Origin: Polyangiales bacterium
Lineage (GTDB): Bacteria > Myxococcota_A > Polyangia > Polyangiales > JADJQN01
Reading direction: 5' to 3'
Assembly: GCA_964202905.1 (NCBI GenBank)
Contig: CAXNJO010000008.1
Span: 128,001 to 192,000, forward strand
Length of the DNA: 64,000 nt
The notes beneath the pieces were generated by a model. That model made no database searches. It saw nothing but the letters and a program-made list of their open reading frames with translations, and was not told the DNA's origin. Within the stretch, counting starts at the first letter, position 1. Each line of letters opens with the position of its first letter. The position numbers were made by a program, and so were the translations under genes. Positions 10,326-19,922 of the stretch are shown here, piece by piece.

Positions 10326-11188
10326 GGCGATGCCCCGGCCGCGCGCTGCGCCGCGAACTCCCGGGCGATGCGCGTGAGCAGCAGGCCGGGCAGGGCGCCG
10401 TGCCCGGCGCGGCTCGCCTCGATGCGCACGCGTGCGACGCGCTCTCCCGGCGTGCGTGCGCGCTGCGCGAGTGACGCGAGACGTGCGCTCTCGTCGCGCG
10501 TCCGTCCTGCGCCGGTGTGGACGCTGAGCACGTGGCGTGCGGGGTCGCGCACCACCCAGCGCGCGAGGGCGGGCGCGCCCGCGTAGAGCGCGTCGAGCAG
10601 CGCGACGAGGTGCACCCGTCGCGCGCTCGAGGGATCGCGCGTGATCGCGAGTGCCGTCTCGAACCCTGCGCTGTGCGCGACGAGCGCGACCGGGGCGTCG
10701 CGCCAACGGTCCACGCCGCCGGGGAGGCGCGCCGCGAGCGCGTCGAGCGTCTCCGCGAGCCAAGCGCCGAAGAAGCCGCGCTCCGCGAAGCGCCCGGCGC
10801 TGCCGTCACGCTCCGCGAGCGAGAGCTGCGGGACGAGCAGCAGCGAGGCCGTGTCGCTCTCGTCCACGCGCGCGCCGAGTCCCCAGCCCGGCCGCACGCG
10901 CCCCGCGCAGCGCGCCGCCTCGGACGCGATCATCGCCGCGGCGCAGCACGTCCAGCCGTGCAGCACGACGAGCACCTGCGGTGCGCCACGCGCGGCCCCG
11001 GGCGGCAGGTACGCGACCGTCGTCGGCGCGCCGCGCGGTACGGGATGCGAGGCGTGCGTGAGGGCGAGCGTCACCGTCGTGCCGCGCGCATCGGCCGACG
11101 CCGCACCAGGCGCGGGCAGGGCGCCCGCGAGCACCACGACCGCCGCGAGGTGCCACGCAGCGAGCGACGCGTCGGAGGCGAGGGACAC
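10322..11188 (-). CDS. Secreted alpha/beta-hydrolase-fold protein
   Basis: Signal-like N-terminus, VVLHGW, nucleophile elbow AHSAG, LLDALY, C-terminal His (GHG). Confidence 0.6.
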   Translation of the reverse strand: MSLASDASLAAWHLAAVVVLAGALPAPGAASADARGTTVTLALTHASHPVPRGAPTTVAYLPPGAARGAPQVLVVLHGWTCCAAAMIASEAARCAGRVRPGWGLGARVDESDTASLLLVPQLSLAERDGSAGRFAERGFFGAWLAETLDALAARLPGGVDRWRDAPVALVAHSAGFETALAITRDPSSARRVHLVALLDALYAGAPALARWVVRDPARHVLSVHTGAGRTRDESARLASLAQRARTPGERVARVRIEASRAGHGALPGLLLTRIAREFAAQRAAGASP

Positions 11189-11242
11189 CGGCCGACCCTA
11201 CCGTGGCCGCGTGCGCGGGCAAACGTCGTATTCTGCGCGGCG

Positions 11243-12217
11243 ATGTCGGAGTCCATCGTCCCCGTACTGGTCTCCGCCCTGCTCGCGCACCCGCGCCTCT
11301 CGCCGCTCGTGGCCCTTCGCGCGGGCACTGAGGGGCTCTCGCGCACCGTCGCGCACGCCCGCGTCCAGAAGTCCGGGCTCGTCTTCGCGGGGCACGTGAC
11401 CGGTATGGACCCGGCGCGTGTGCAGGTCGTCGGCGAGACCGAGCAGAGCTACCTGCGCACCCTCGATGACGTGACGCGCCGCGTCAACATCGCGCGCTAC
11501 TTCGCGCTCGCGCCCGCGCTCACCGTCGTCACGCGGGGCGCGGCGCCGCACGACGATCTGCGGCTCGAGGCCGAGCGCAGCGGCGCGCCGCTGGCGGTCG
11601 TCGAGGCGTCCTCGAGCGACGCGATCCAGCTCGTGCACGCCGCGCTCGACGAGCTGCTCGCGCCGCGCGCCATGCTGCACGGCGATCTCGTCGAAATCCA
11701 TGGGATGGGCACGCTCCTGCTCGGACCGAGCGGCATCGGCAAGAGCGAGTGCGCGCTCTTCCTCGTCGAGCGCGGACACCGGCTCGTCGCCGACGATCGC
11801 GTGCGACTCACGCGTCCTCCGCGCGGCGGCGTGGTGGGCAGCCCCGAGCCGCTGCTCCAGCATCACCTCGAGATCCGCGGGCTCGGCATCCTCAACGTCC
11901 GCGATCTCTACGGCGCCACCGCGGTGCGCGCCGAGGTGCCGATCGAGCTGGTCGTCGAGCTGTGCCCGTGGGACGACGCCGCGCCGTACGATCGACTCGG
12001 CATCGACGACGCGTTCCACGTGCTGCTCGGGGTGCCCGTGCCGATGTTGCGGATCCCCGTGCGGCCCGGCCGCGAGATGGCGACCCTCCTCGAGGTCGCG
12101 GCGCGCAACGAGCAGCTCAAGCGCGACGGTCACCACGGCGCACGCGCGTTCGTGGCGCGGCTCGCGCAAGCGCGACCGACGACGCCCGACGAGGGCAGCG
12201 GCGAGGCCGCGGGCTGA
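11243..12217 (+). CDS. hprK: HPr(Ser) kinase/phosphorylase
   Basis: Walker A GPSGIGKSE, GHRLVADD, HHLEIRGLGIL, IPVRPGR; ATG at 11243 within ORF 10517..12217. Confidence 0.93.
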   Translation: MSESIVPVLVSALLAHPRLSPLVALRAGTEGLSRTVAHARVQKSGLVFAGHVTGMDPARVQVVGETEQSYLRTLDDVTRRVNIARYFALAPALTVVTRGAAPHDDLRLEAERSGAPLAVVEASSSDAIQLVHAALDELLAPRAMLHGDLVEIHGMGTLLLGPSGIGKSECALFLVERGHRLVADDRVRLTRPPRGGVVGSPEPLLQHHLEIRGLGILNVRDLYGATAVRAEVPIELVVELCPWDDAAPYDRLGIDDAFHVLLGVPVPMLRIPVRPGREMATLLEVAARNEQLKRDGHHGARAFVARLAQARPTTPDEGSGEAAG

Positions 12218-12299
12218 CGCGGGCACGGCGTTCGGTGCGGACACGGCGCAGGGGGACGCGCGTCGCGCGCGCCGCTGGTTCCCGGACCGGCGCGCCGCT

Positions 12300-13169
12300 A
12301 TGCTCACGCGCGTGTCTGCGCTGCATGTCGTCGTGGTGACGGGGCTCTCCGGTGCGGGGCGCAGCACGGCCCTCGACGTCCTCGAGGACCTCGGCTTCTT
12401 CTGCGTCGACAACCTCCCGCCCCCGGTCGTGCCGCAGATGCTCGCGACCCTCGCCCCGGAGGCCGCGATCGCGAAGGTCGCGCTCGGCATCGACGTGCGT
12501 ACCGGCACTTTCCTCGAGGCCGCGGACCCCATCCTCAAGGACCTGAGCGCGGGCGGGCACGACGTCGAGATTCTCTTCCTCGACGCGGCCGACACCGCCC
12601 TCGTTCAGCGCTACTCCGAGACGCGACGCCCGCATCCGCTCGCGCCGGGCGGCGACCTCCTCGCGGCGATCCAGAGCGAGCGCGAACGCCTCGCGATCCT
12701 GCGCGCGCGGGCCCGCCACGTCATCGACACCACGCGCCTCAACGTCCACGACCTCCGGCGCCTCCTCGTCGACCTCGTCGCGCGCACGGGCGGACGCCCG
12801 CGCATGGTCACGCGGTTCGTGTCGTTCGGCTTCAAATACGGGCTCCCCGTCGACGCGGACCTCGTCTTCGATCTGCGCTACCTGCCCAACCCGCACTTCG
12901 TCCCCGAGCTGCGTCCGAAGACCGGTCAGGACCCGGACGTCGCCGCCTTCGTGCTCGGCGCGCCGGAGACACAGGAGCTGCTCGGCGACCTCGAGCGCAT
13001 GCTCTCGCGCATGCTCCCGCGCTACGAGCGCGAGGGGAAGGCGTACCTCACGATCGCGGTCGGTTGCACCGGCGGCAAGCACCGCAGCGTCGCGGTCGCG
13101 GGCGAGCTCGGGCGTCTCTTCGAGCGCGCGCGGGAGATCGCCGTGGTGCATCGCGACGCGGCGCGCTGA
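12300..13169 (+). CDS. rapZ: RNase adapter protein RapZ (YhbJ)
   Basis: TGLSGAGRS, CVDNLP, RYSETRRPHPL, SFGFKYG, DLRYLPNP, IAVGCTGGKHRSV, HRD. Confidence 0.95.
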   Translation: MLTRVSALHVVVVTGLSGAGRSTALDVLEDLGFFCVDNLPPPVVPQMLATLAPEAAIAKVALGIDVRTGTFLEAADPILKDLSAGGHDVEILFLDAADTALVQRYSETRRPHPLAPGGDLLAAIQSERERLAILRARARHVIDTTRLNVHDLRRLLVDLVARTGGRPRMVTRFVSFGFKYGLPVDADLVFDLRYLPNPHFVPELRPKTGQDPDVAAFVLGAPETQELLGDLERMLSRMLPRYEREGKAYLTIAVGCTGGKHRSVAVAGELGRLFERAREIAVVHRDAAR

Positions 13170-13175
13170 GGCGGG

Positions 13176-13463
13176 ATGGAGGACGCGGACGCGGTCGCCG
13201 AGGCGACGTTCGAGATCGTGAACCACCTCGGGCTCCACGCGCGCGCGGCCGCGAAGCTCGTGCAGCTCGCGGGGCGCTTCGCCGCGCACGTCGAGGCCGC
13301 GAAGGACGGGCAGTGCGTGAACGCCAAGAGCGTGATGGGCGTGCTCCTGCTCTGCGGCGCGCGGGGCACGCACGTCACGATCCGCGCGCGCGGCGCGGAC
13401 GCGGCCGAGGCCGTCGCGGCCATCGGCGCGCTCATCGCGGCGCGCTTCGGCGAGGAGCGTTGA
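13176..13463 (+). CDS. ptsH: Phosphocarrier protein HPr/NPr
   Basis: NHLGLHARAA (His15) and NAKSVMG (Ser46). Confidence 0.93.
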   Translation: MEDADAVAEATFEIVNHLGLHARAAAKLVQLAGRFAAHVEAAKDGQCVNAKSVMGVLLLCGARGTHVTIRARGADAAEAVAAIGALIAARFGEER

Positions 13464-15238
13464 GCGCCCGCGCTCAGGCCGACGAACGCTGTCTGCGCGG
13501 CGTCGCGGCCGCGCCCGGGATCGCGCTCGGCCCGGCGCACGTGCTCGATGGTCGGCCCCTGCCGATCGCCCGCGCGCGGCTCGACGAAGCCGACGTGCCG
13601 CGCGAGCTCTCACGGCTGCGCGTCGCGCTCGACGCGGCGGCGTCCGAGCTCGAGTCGCTCGCGGCGACCACGCCGCACGAGGCCGCGGTCGCGCTCCGCC
13701 CCATGCTCGACGCGTACCTCGCGATGCACCGGGATCCGCTCCTCGTCGCCGGCTGCGAGCGCGCGATCCGCGACGAGCGCAAGGGCGCCGAGTGGGCCGT
13801 GCGCGACACCGTCGATGCGCTCTGCGCGCAGCTCTCCGCGGTGCGCGATCCGTATCTGCGTGAGCGCGCCGCGGACGTCGCGCACGTCGGCGACCGGATC
13901 GTGCGCGCGCTGCTCGGGCGCGGCGGGACGTCGCCGGTGGTGCCGGCGGGCTCCGTGATCGTCGCGCACGATCTGGGCGCCGCGGAGGCCGTGGCGCTCC
14001 TGCGCGCGCAGGTCGCGGGCCTCGTGCTCGAGCTCGGCAGCCCGACGAGTCACACGGCGATCCTCGCGCGCACGCTGCAGGTCCCCGTGGTCGTCGGTGT
14101 CGCGGACGCGGTGCGTCGCGTCCCGCAGGGCGCGCGTGTCGTCGTCGACGCGCTGCGTGGCGAGGTGCGCGTCGACCCCGACGAGGCCGCGACGCGCGGC
14201 GCCGACGAGCGCGCCCGCCGCTATGGCCACTTCCGTGGGCGCCTGCGTGCGCACCGCGACGCGGGGTGCGCGACGCGCGACGGGCTCACGATCGCGCTCG
14301 GCGCCAACGTCGAGCAGGCGGCGGAGGCGGCGCATGCGGTGCGCGAGGGCGCCGCGGGGGTCGCGCTTTTCCGCACCGAGTACCTCTACCTGGGTCATGC
14401 CGAGCCGCCCGACGAGGACGCGCAGGCGCGGCTCTACGCGGAGGCCGCGCGTGCGCTCGGCCCGCAGCCGCTCGTCATCCGCACGTTCGACCTCGGCGCC
14501 GACAAACTCGCGGTTGCGAGCGAGCCGCTGCGCGCCGCGAACCCCGCGCTCGGTCTGCGCGGCCTGCGCCTCGCGCTCACGCGCCCGGACCTCTTCCGCA
14601 CACAGCTCCGCGCGATCCTGCGCGCCGCGGTCGAAGGCGATGTGCGCCTCATGTTCCCGATGGTCGCGGGGGTCGCGGATCTCCGCGCCGCGCGGTCCCT
14701 CGTCGAGCGTGCCGTGCACGAGCTCGCGGCCGACGGCTTGCCGCATCGCCGCGTGCCGGTGGGCGCGATGATCGAGGTGCCCTCGGCCGCGCTGATGGCC
14801 GACGCGCTCGCGCGCGAGTGCGACTTCTTCAGCGTCGGCACCAACGATCTCGTGCAGTACGCGCTCGCCGTCGATCGCGGTGATCCGCGGCTCGCAGCCC
14901 TCGCTCGGGCGCACGATCCCGCCGTCCTGCGGCTGCTCGACGCGACGGCGCGCGCCGCCGCGGCGCGTGGCGTCCCGCTGGCGATGTGCGGGGACATGGC
15001 CGGCGATCCGAGGACGCTCCCCCTCGCGATCGGCCTCGGGTACACGGCGCTCGGGATGCCGCTCCCGCAGATCCCGCTCGCGCGCGCGGTGATCGCCGCC
15101 CTCGACGCGGACGAGGTCCGCGCGATCGCGCGGGAGGCGCTCGGGCTCGCGACCGCCGAGGACGTCGAGGCGCTCGTCGTCGCGCGGCTCGGGCCCTCGC
15201 TGCACGCGATCTGGGAAGAGCAGGGGCTCGAGAACTAG
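13460..15238 (+). CDS. ptsI: PEP-protein phosphotransferase (PTS enzyme I)
   Basis: SPTSHTAILAR (phospho-His), LFRTEY, IRTFDLGADK, NPALGLRGLR, DFFSVGTNDLVQY, MCGDMAG; TTG start overlaps the HPr stop. Confidence 0.93.
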   Translation: MSARAQADERCLRGVAAAPGIALGPAHVLDGRPLPIARARLDEADVPRELSRLRVALDAAASELESLAATTPHEAAVALRPMLDAYLAMHRDPLLVAGCERAIRDERKGAEWAVRDTVDALCAQLSAVRDPYLRERAADVAHVGDRIVRALLGRGGTSPVVPAGSVIVAHDLGAAEAVALLRAQVAGLVLELGSPTSHTAILARTLQVPVVVGVADAVRRVPQGARVVVDALRGEVRVDPDEAATRGADERARRYGHFRGRLRAHRDAGCATRDGLTIALGANVEQAAEAAHAVREGAAGVALFRTEYLYLGHAEPPDEDAQARLYAEAARALGPQPLVIRTFDLGADKLAVASEPLRAANPALGLRGLRLALTRPDLFRTQLRAILRAAVEGDVRLMFPMVAGVADLRAARSLVERAVHELAADGLPHRRVPVGAMIEVPSAALMADALARECDFFSVGTNDLVQYALAVDRGDPRLAALARAHDPAVLRLLDATARAAAARGVPLAMCGDMAGDPRTLPLAIGLGYTALGMPLPQIPLARAVIAALDADEVRAIAREALGLATAEDVEALVVARLGPSLHAIWEEQGLEN

Positions 15239-15762
15239 CGGGCGTGCTCGAGCAGCCGCTCGAGCTTGGTCTCGCTGGCGAACCCGGTGTGCCTCGCGAC
15301 GATGTGGCCCTCGGCGTCGAGCACCACGAGGGTCGGCACACCCGCGAGCGTGCCGAGCGCCGTGCGACCCGCGAGCACGCGCGGCTCGGGCTCGTACGCC
15401 ACGGTGAAGGCGACACCGAGCGCCTCGGCCCACGCACCCGCGAGCGCCGCCGCGTCGGGCTGCACGGCGACGGCGACGACGTGCACGTCCGCCCCGTGCA
15501 GGCGCGCGAACCGGGCGAGTGGCCGCGTCGCGGCCTGCGAGAGCGCGTCGAACGTCGCGAAGAAGAAGAGCACGACGGGGCGCCCGCCCATGGCGCCGAC
15601 CTCGATGAACGACCCTTCAGTCGTGCGGAGCGCGAGCTCGAGCGGCTCGGCCTCGCGCGGCGCGTGGCTCGTCCCGACGCCGCCGTTCGCGGGCCCGCCA
15701 CACGCGGCGATGAGCGCGACGAACGCCACGGCGCCCGCGTGACGCGTCCCGCGCGGACCCAT
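15235..15762 (-). CDS. TlpA/redoxin-like lipoprotein lacking the CxxC motif
   Basis: Lipobox LIAAC; thioredoxin-fold pattern GRPVVLFFFATFDALSQ ... GVPTLVVLDAEGHIVARHTG. Confidence 0.65.
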   Translation of the reverse strand: MGPRGTRHAGAVAFVALIAACGGPANGGVGTSHAPREAEPLELALRTTEGSFIEVGAMGGRPVVLFFFATFDALSQAATRPLARFARLHGADVHVVAVAVQPDAAALAGAWAEALGVAFTVAYEPEPRVLAGRTALGTLAGVPTLVVLDAEGHIVARHTGFASETKLERLLEHAR

Positions 15763-17087
15763 CAGCGGCGCTCCCCGGGGCGCCTGCGCGCGGCCCGCGC
15801 GCGCCGCACGCCGAGCATGATCACGAGCGCCGCCGCGAGGAGCCCCGCGGCCTGCGGCCAGAACCGCACGATCGCTTCGACGACGCCGAGCGGCATGTCC
15901 ACGACGCGCCCGCGTCCCCCGCCCGATCCGCCCCCGCACCGCCACGGCCCGCCCTCCACGAAGCCGCACGCGTCGAGCACGCTGCCGTCCTTGCGGATCG
16001 CGGTGATCGTCACCGCCGGTCCTTCGACGACCACGCGGACGAAGTGGTGCGCGGGCTCGAAGGCGAGCTGCGAGGGGAGGCGCTCGTTCGTCACGTAGAG
16101 CGGTGCGCCCGCGCCGCCCGAGAGGATGTATTTCAGACCCGCCGCGTCGCCGCGCTCGTAGGCGTGATCGTGGCCCTCGAACACCACCTCGACGCCCGCC
16201 TCGCGGAGCAGCGCCTCGACGCGCGTGCCGGCGATCGCCGGGTTCGAACCGTGCGCGCCGCTCGAATACGGTCCGTGGTGCACGGCGGCGAAGAGGTGCG
16301 CCGGCGCATCCGGCGCGTGGGCCCGCGACACCTCCGCCTCGAGCCACGCGCGCTGCGGCGTCCCCTCGTCGAACGACTGGTTGGAGTCGAGCACGAGCAC
16401 GCGCACCGGCCCGTGATCGAACGCGTAAAACGCCTCGTCTCCGGGGCCCTCGCGCGTGCGCACGTGGCGGCGATATGCCGGGAGTCCCTCGCCGCCCGCG
16501 CGCGCCTCGTGGTTGCCGAGCGTCGGGAACACGGGCAACTCCGCGTAGAGCGGACCCGACGCGTCGAAGTACGCCTGCCAATCGGCCGGGTCCCGACCGT
16601 CCGCGAGCATGTCACCCGTGTGCACGACGAAGTCGGCGTCCTCCTCGCGCATGCGGCGCACGATCCGCTGGTGTGCGGCCGCATCCGTCCGCGCGTCGCC
16701 GTAGACGAGGAAGCGCGCGGAGGCCGTCGTGCCCGGCTCCGGCGCCGTCACGAAGCGGCCGCGCGCGCGCCCGCTCCCACCGCCGCCGAGCTGCACCTCC
16801 CAGGTGTGGCGCGTGCCGGGCGGCAGATCGCGCAGCACGATCTCGTGCCACACGGACGCGCCCGCCTCGTAGCGATGCGCCGCGCCCGAGGCCTCGCGCG
16901 CGACGACGACGGCAGGCGCCGGCGCGTCGAGCTCGAAGAGAAGCGCGACCGAGTCAGGCCGCACGTCCATCAGATACGGCCCCTTCACGAAGCGGGGCGC
17001 CGCCGCAGCGGGCCCCGGTGCGGCGCCGACGACGCAGAGGGCTGCGCAGAGCGCGGCGAGCGTCGTGGGCTGCTTGAGGCGCCTCAT
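15762..17087 (-). CDS. Purple acid phosphatase-family metallophosphoesterase, with signal peptide and C-terminal TM helix
   Basis: VYGD, HTGD, LGNHE, VHHGPY, GHDHAYER, SGGAGAPLY. Confidence 0.88.
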   Translation of the reverse strand: MRRLKQPTTLAALCAALCVVGAAPGPAAAAPRFVKGPYLMDVRPDSVALLFELDAPAPAVVVAREASGAAHRYEAGASVWHEIVLRDLPPGTRHTWEVQLGGGGSGRARGRFVTAPEPGTTASARFLVYGDARTDAAAHQRIVRRMREEDADFVVHTGDMLADGRDPADWQAYFDASGPLYAELPVFPTLGNHEARAGGEGLPAYRRHVRTREGPGDEAFYAFDHGPVRVLVLDSNQSFDEGTPQRAWLEAEVSRAHAPDAPAHLFAAVHHGPYSSGAHGSNPAIAGTRVEALLREAGVEVVFEGHDHAYERGDAAGLKYILSGGAGAPLYVTNERLPSQLAFEPAHHFVRVVVEGPAVTITAIRKDGSVLDACGFVEGGPWRCGGGSGGGRGRVVDMPLGVVEAIVRFWPQAAGLLAAALVIMLGVRRARAARRRPGERR

Positions 17088-17109
17088 CGGCGCTTCTATA
17101 ACGCGGAAC

Positions 17110-17983
17110 ATGCGCCCGCTCATGCCCCGAATGGCGCGCGTGCGCGAGCGGCTCGACGTCCTCGTCGCCACGAGCGAGGTCTCTACGCATCTCGCGGCCG
17201 ATCCGCTCGGCTTCGTGCACCGCGCGGCGCCCGCGGATCGCGAGGTCGTCGCCCTGCTCGCCGCGACCCTCGCGTTCGGACAGGTGAAGTCGATCCGCGC
17301 CAGCATCGCGCGGGTGCTCGCCGCGCTCGGGGACGCACCGGCCCGCGCCGTCGACACGCTCGACGAGCCCGCCCTCGCGGCACGCCTCGACGGCTTCGTG
17401 CACCGGGTCTACCGCGGCCGGGACGTCGCCCGCATGCTGGCGTCGGCAGGCGCGCTGCGGCGCGTGCACGGCACGCTCGGCGCCTATTTCGCGGCGCGGT
17501 TCCGCGCGCATGGCGCGTTGCGCGAAGCCCTCGCCGACCTCGCGGACGCGCTGCGCGGCGGCGCGCTCGCCGATGGCGCGACGCCCTCGCGCGGCCTCGC
17601 GCACCTCGTCCCCGACCCGCGCAAGGGCAGCGCGAGCAAACGTCTCCTGCTCTGGCTGCGCTGGATGGTGCGCCCCGACGGACGGCGTCGATCTCGGCCT
17701 CTGGGACGTGCCCGCGTCGGCGCTCGTCATCCCGGTGGACACCCACGTACACCGCATCGCGCGCAACCTCGGGCTCACGCGCCGCAACGACGCCTCGTGG
17801 CGCACGGCCGAGGAGATCACCGCGGTCTTGCGTCGCTTCGACGCGGGCGACCCGGTGAAATACGACTTCGCGCTCTGTCACCTCGGGGTGTCGCGGAGCT
17901 GCCCGAGCCGCCGCGACGAGGCCAAGTGCGCCTCGTGCGTCGTGCGCACGGCGTGCACCCACTGGGGGCGCGGCAGTGACTGA
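17110..17983 (+). CDS. TIGR02757/DUF2400-family protein, +1 frameshift near 17675
   Basis: DPLGFVH..DREV..LAFGQV and SASKRLLLWLRWMVR in one frame; DGVDLGLW..LVIPVDTHV..DPVKYDFALCHLG in the next. Extra C in CGCCCC. Confidence 0.8.
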
Positions 17984-18015
17984 GCGGTGACGCCGCCGCG
18001 ACGAGGCGCCGCGCT

Positions 18016-18058
18016 TCCGATGCGTTGCATTCGCGAGGCAGATGCAACAGCAGTCGGA
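18016..18058. terminator. Imperfect hairpin between convergent genes
   Basis: TCCGA-TGC-GTTGCAT ... ATGCAAC-AGCA-GTCGGA between the stops at 17983 and 18084. Confidence 0.4.
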
Positions 18059-18083
18059 TTGCGTATCGGGCGCCCCGCGCGCG

Positions 18084-19826
18084 TCAGCTGCCCTTGAGCA
18101 CGCCGAGCGCGACGCCGGGCACCTTCAGCCAGCTCGGATGCGCCTCGAGATCGACGAGCTTCTCGCCCACGCGGTGCGCGTTGCCGTGCGTGACGAACCA
18201 GGGCGGCTTCGGTGACGAGGTGAGCGGCGCGCGCAGCACGCACTTCTCGATGCCCTCGAGCATGAACGTGTTGTGCACCCAGCCGAGCCCGCCCTGGATG
18301 TCCTCCGGGGTCGAGCTCGGGTGCGCGCCCCACGGCGGCGTGACGAGGCCGTAGACGAGCCCCGTCCAGGCGTTCACGCCGACCGCGCCGTAGCGCAGCG
18401 CCGCGATGCTCCGCTCGAGCGCCGCGCCCGCGTCCGCGCGCGCCTGCGTCTTCGGGTGGATGAAGACGATCGCGCTCAGCGTCCCCCACAGGCGCTCGTT
18501 GCAGAACGTCGTGGCCGCATCGAGGAAGGCCGCCGCGTCCGTCTCGGGGAGGCTCGTCTCGCTGAGGATCGGACAGAACGGCTCGGTGACGAACAGGGCT
18601 TCGCCCGCATCGTCCGCGTCGAGCCCGAAGACGAGCGTCCACGGGAGCTGATCCGCCCCCGCGTCGCCGAGCTTCTCGACCGCGGCGCGCCCCTCGGTGA
18701 GCGCCTTCCAGCGATCGAACGCGCCCGGGTAGTAGGCCTTGCGCGGCGGCTGCTGCGCGAGGACGGAGCGGACGCGCGCGAGCAGATCCGCGCGCTGCGG
18801 CCAACCCGCGGCGGTCACGATCATCTTGCCCGCGTTGCAGTTGCAGCTCGCGTTGTTGGTGACCATCGACGCGATGTTCTCGGCGACGAACTGCAGCTCC
18901 GCGTCGCTGAACGTGCCCGGCACCACGACCACCGGCGTCACGCACCCGAGTTCGCTCGAGATCGGCTTCTTCAGCAGCGGATCGTGGGCTGCTTTGCGGC
19001 GCTCGCGATCGGGCCCGGGCGGCCCCCACACGATGAGGTCGTGCGTGCGGTCGGAGCCCGTGATGTGCACGTCGTCGACGAGCGCGTGCGTGCAGAGATA
19101 GCCGCCCTCCGCGCCGCCGCCCCGCACGAAGCGCAGGTAACCCGCCTCGATCAGCGGCGCGAGCGCGCGCTCGTAGTGCGGCTCGAGGTACTCGTTCACG
19201 GGGTTCATCTTCACGAGGCAGACGCTGCCCTCGACGAACATCTTGTAGAGCGCGTCCATCGGCGCGATCGACGCCACGTTGCCCGCGCCGAGCACGAGCG
19301 AGACGCGCCCCGCGGGGGACTTCTGCCGGTAGAACGAGCCCGCCTTCTCCCTCACGTCCGCCGGCCCGAGGCCGCGCTCCATCCGCACGTCGGCCGTGAA
19401 GCCTGCGTAGAGCGCCTTGTCCATGGCGCCGTTCGGGAACACGCGCACCTGCGTCGCGCCGTCGGCGGCCGTCGAGAAGCGCCAGTCCTCGAGCGTCACG
19501 CGCCCGCCCGCGTCGATCGCGTCGAGCATCTCCGCGAGCAGGCGCAGGTTGCGCACCGTCGTCATCGGGCCGCCGGCCCACTCCTCGAAGGCGTGCGGCG
19601 CGTCGAGCGACAGCCCCTTCGCGGTGACCGCTGCCGTCGTCCATGCGCGCGCCTCCGCGAGCGTCGCGTCCACGCACGCGCGCAGCAGGCGCGCCTTCGC
19701 GGGGATCGAGAGCCGCGCGAACGGCGTGGCCTTGGCGGCGAGACCGGTGAGCAGCGCGTCGAGGCGCGGGTGCGGGGTGGCGGAGCGGCTCTGCGCCGTG
19801 GCGCTCATCTCGAGGGAGGCGGACAT
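18084..19826 (-). CDS. NAD(P)-dependent aldehyde dehydrogenase family protein
   Basis: LVLGAGN, VHITGS, SSELGCVTP (catalytic Glu), NNASCNCNAG (catalytic Cys), TEPFCP. Confidence 0.85.
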   Translation of the reverse strand: MSASLEMSATAQSRSATPHPRLDALLTGLAAKATPFARLSIPAKARLLRACVDATLAEARAWTTAAVTAKGLSLDAPHAFEEWAGGPMTTVRNLRLLAEMLDAIDAGGRVTLEDWRFSTAADGATQVRVFPNGAMDKALYAGFTADVRMERGLGPADVREKAGSFYRQKSPAGRVSLVLGAGNVASIAPMDALYKMFVEGSVCLVKMNPVNEYLEPHYERALAPLIEAGYLRFVRGGGAEGGYLCTHALVDDVHITGSDRTHDLIVWGPPGPDRERRKAAHDPLLKKPISSELGCVTPVVVVPGTFSDAELQFVAENIASMVTNNASCNCNAGKMIVTAAGWPQRADLLARVRSVLAQQPPRKAYYPGAFDRWKALTEGRAAVEKLGDAGADQLPWTLVFGLDADDAGEALFVTEPFCPILSETSLPETDAAAFLDAATTFCNERLWGTLSAIVFIHPKTQARADAGAALERSIAALRYGAVGVNAWTGLVYGLVTPPWGAHPSSTPEDIQGGLGWVHNTFMLEGIEKCVLRAPLTSSPKPPWFVTHGNAHRVGEKLVDLEAHPSWLKVPGVALGVLKGS

Positions 19827-19922
19827 GCGCGCGACGCTATCACGGCCGGGTGCGGCGCTCGCCGGCGGCCGCCGGGCTGGCCATGCGCGACATCCGGCGT
19901 CCGTCGCGCGCGGTGCGTGCCG

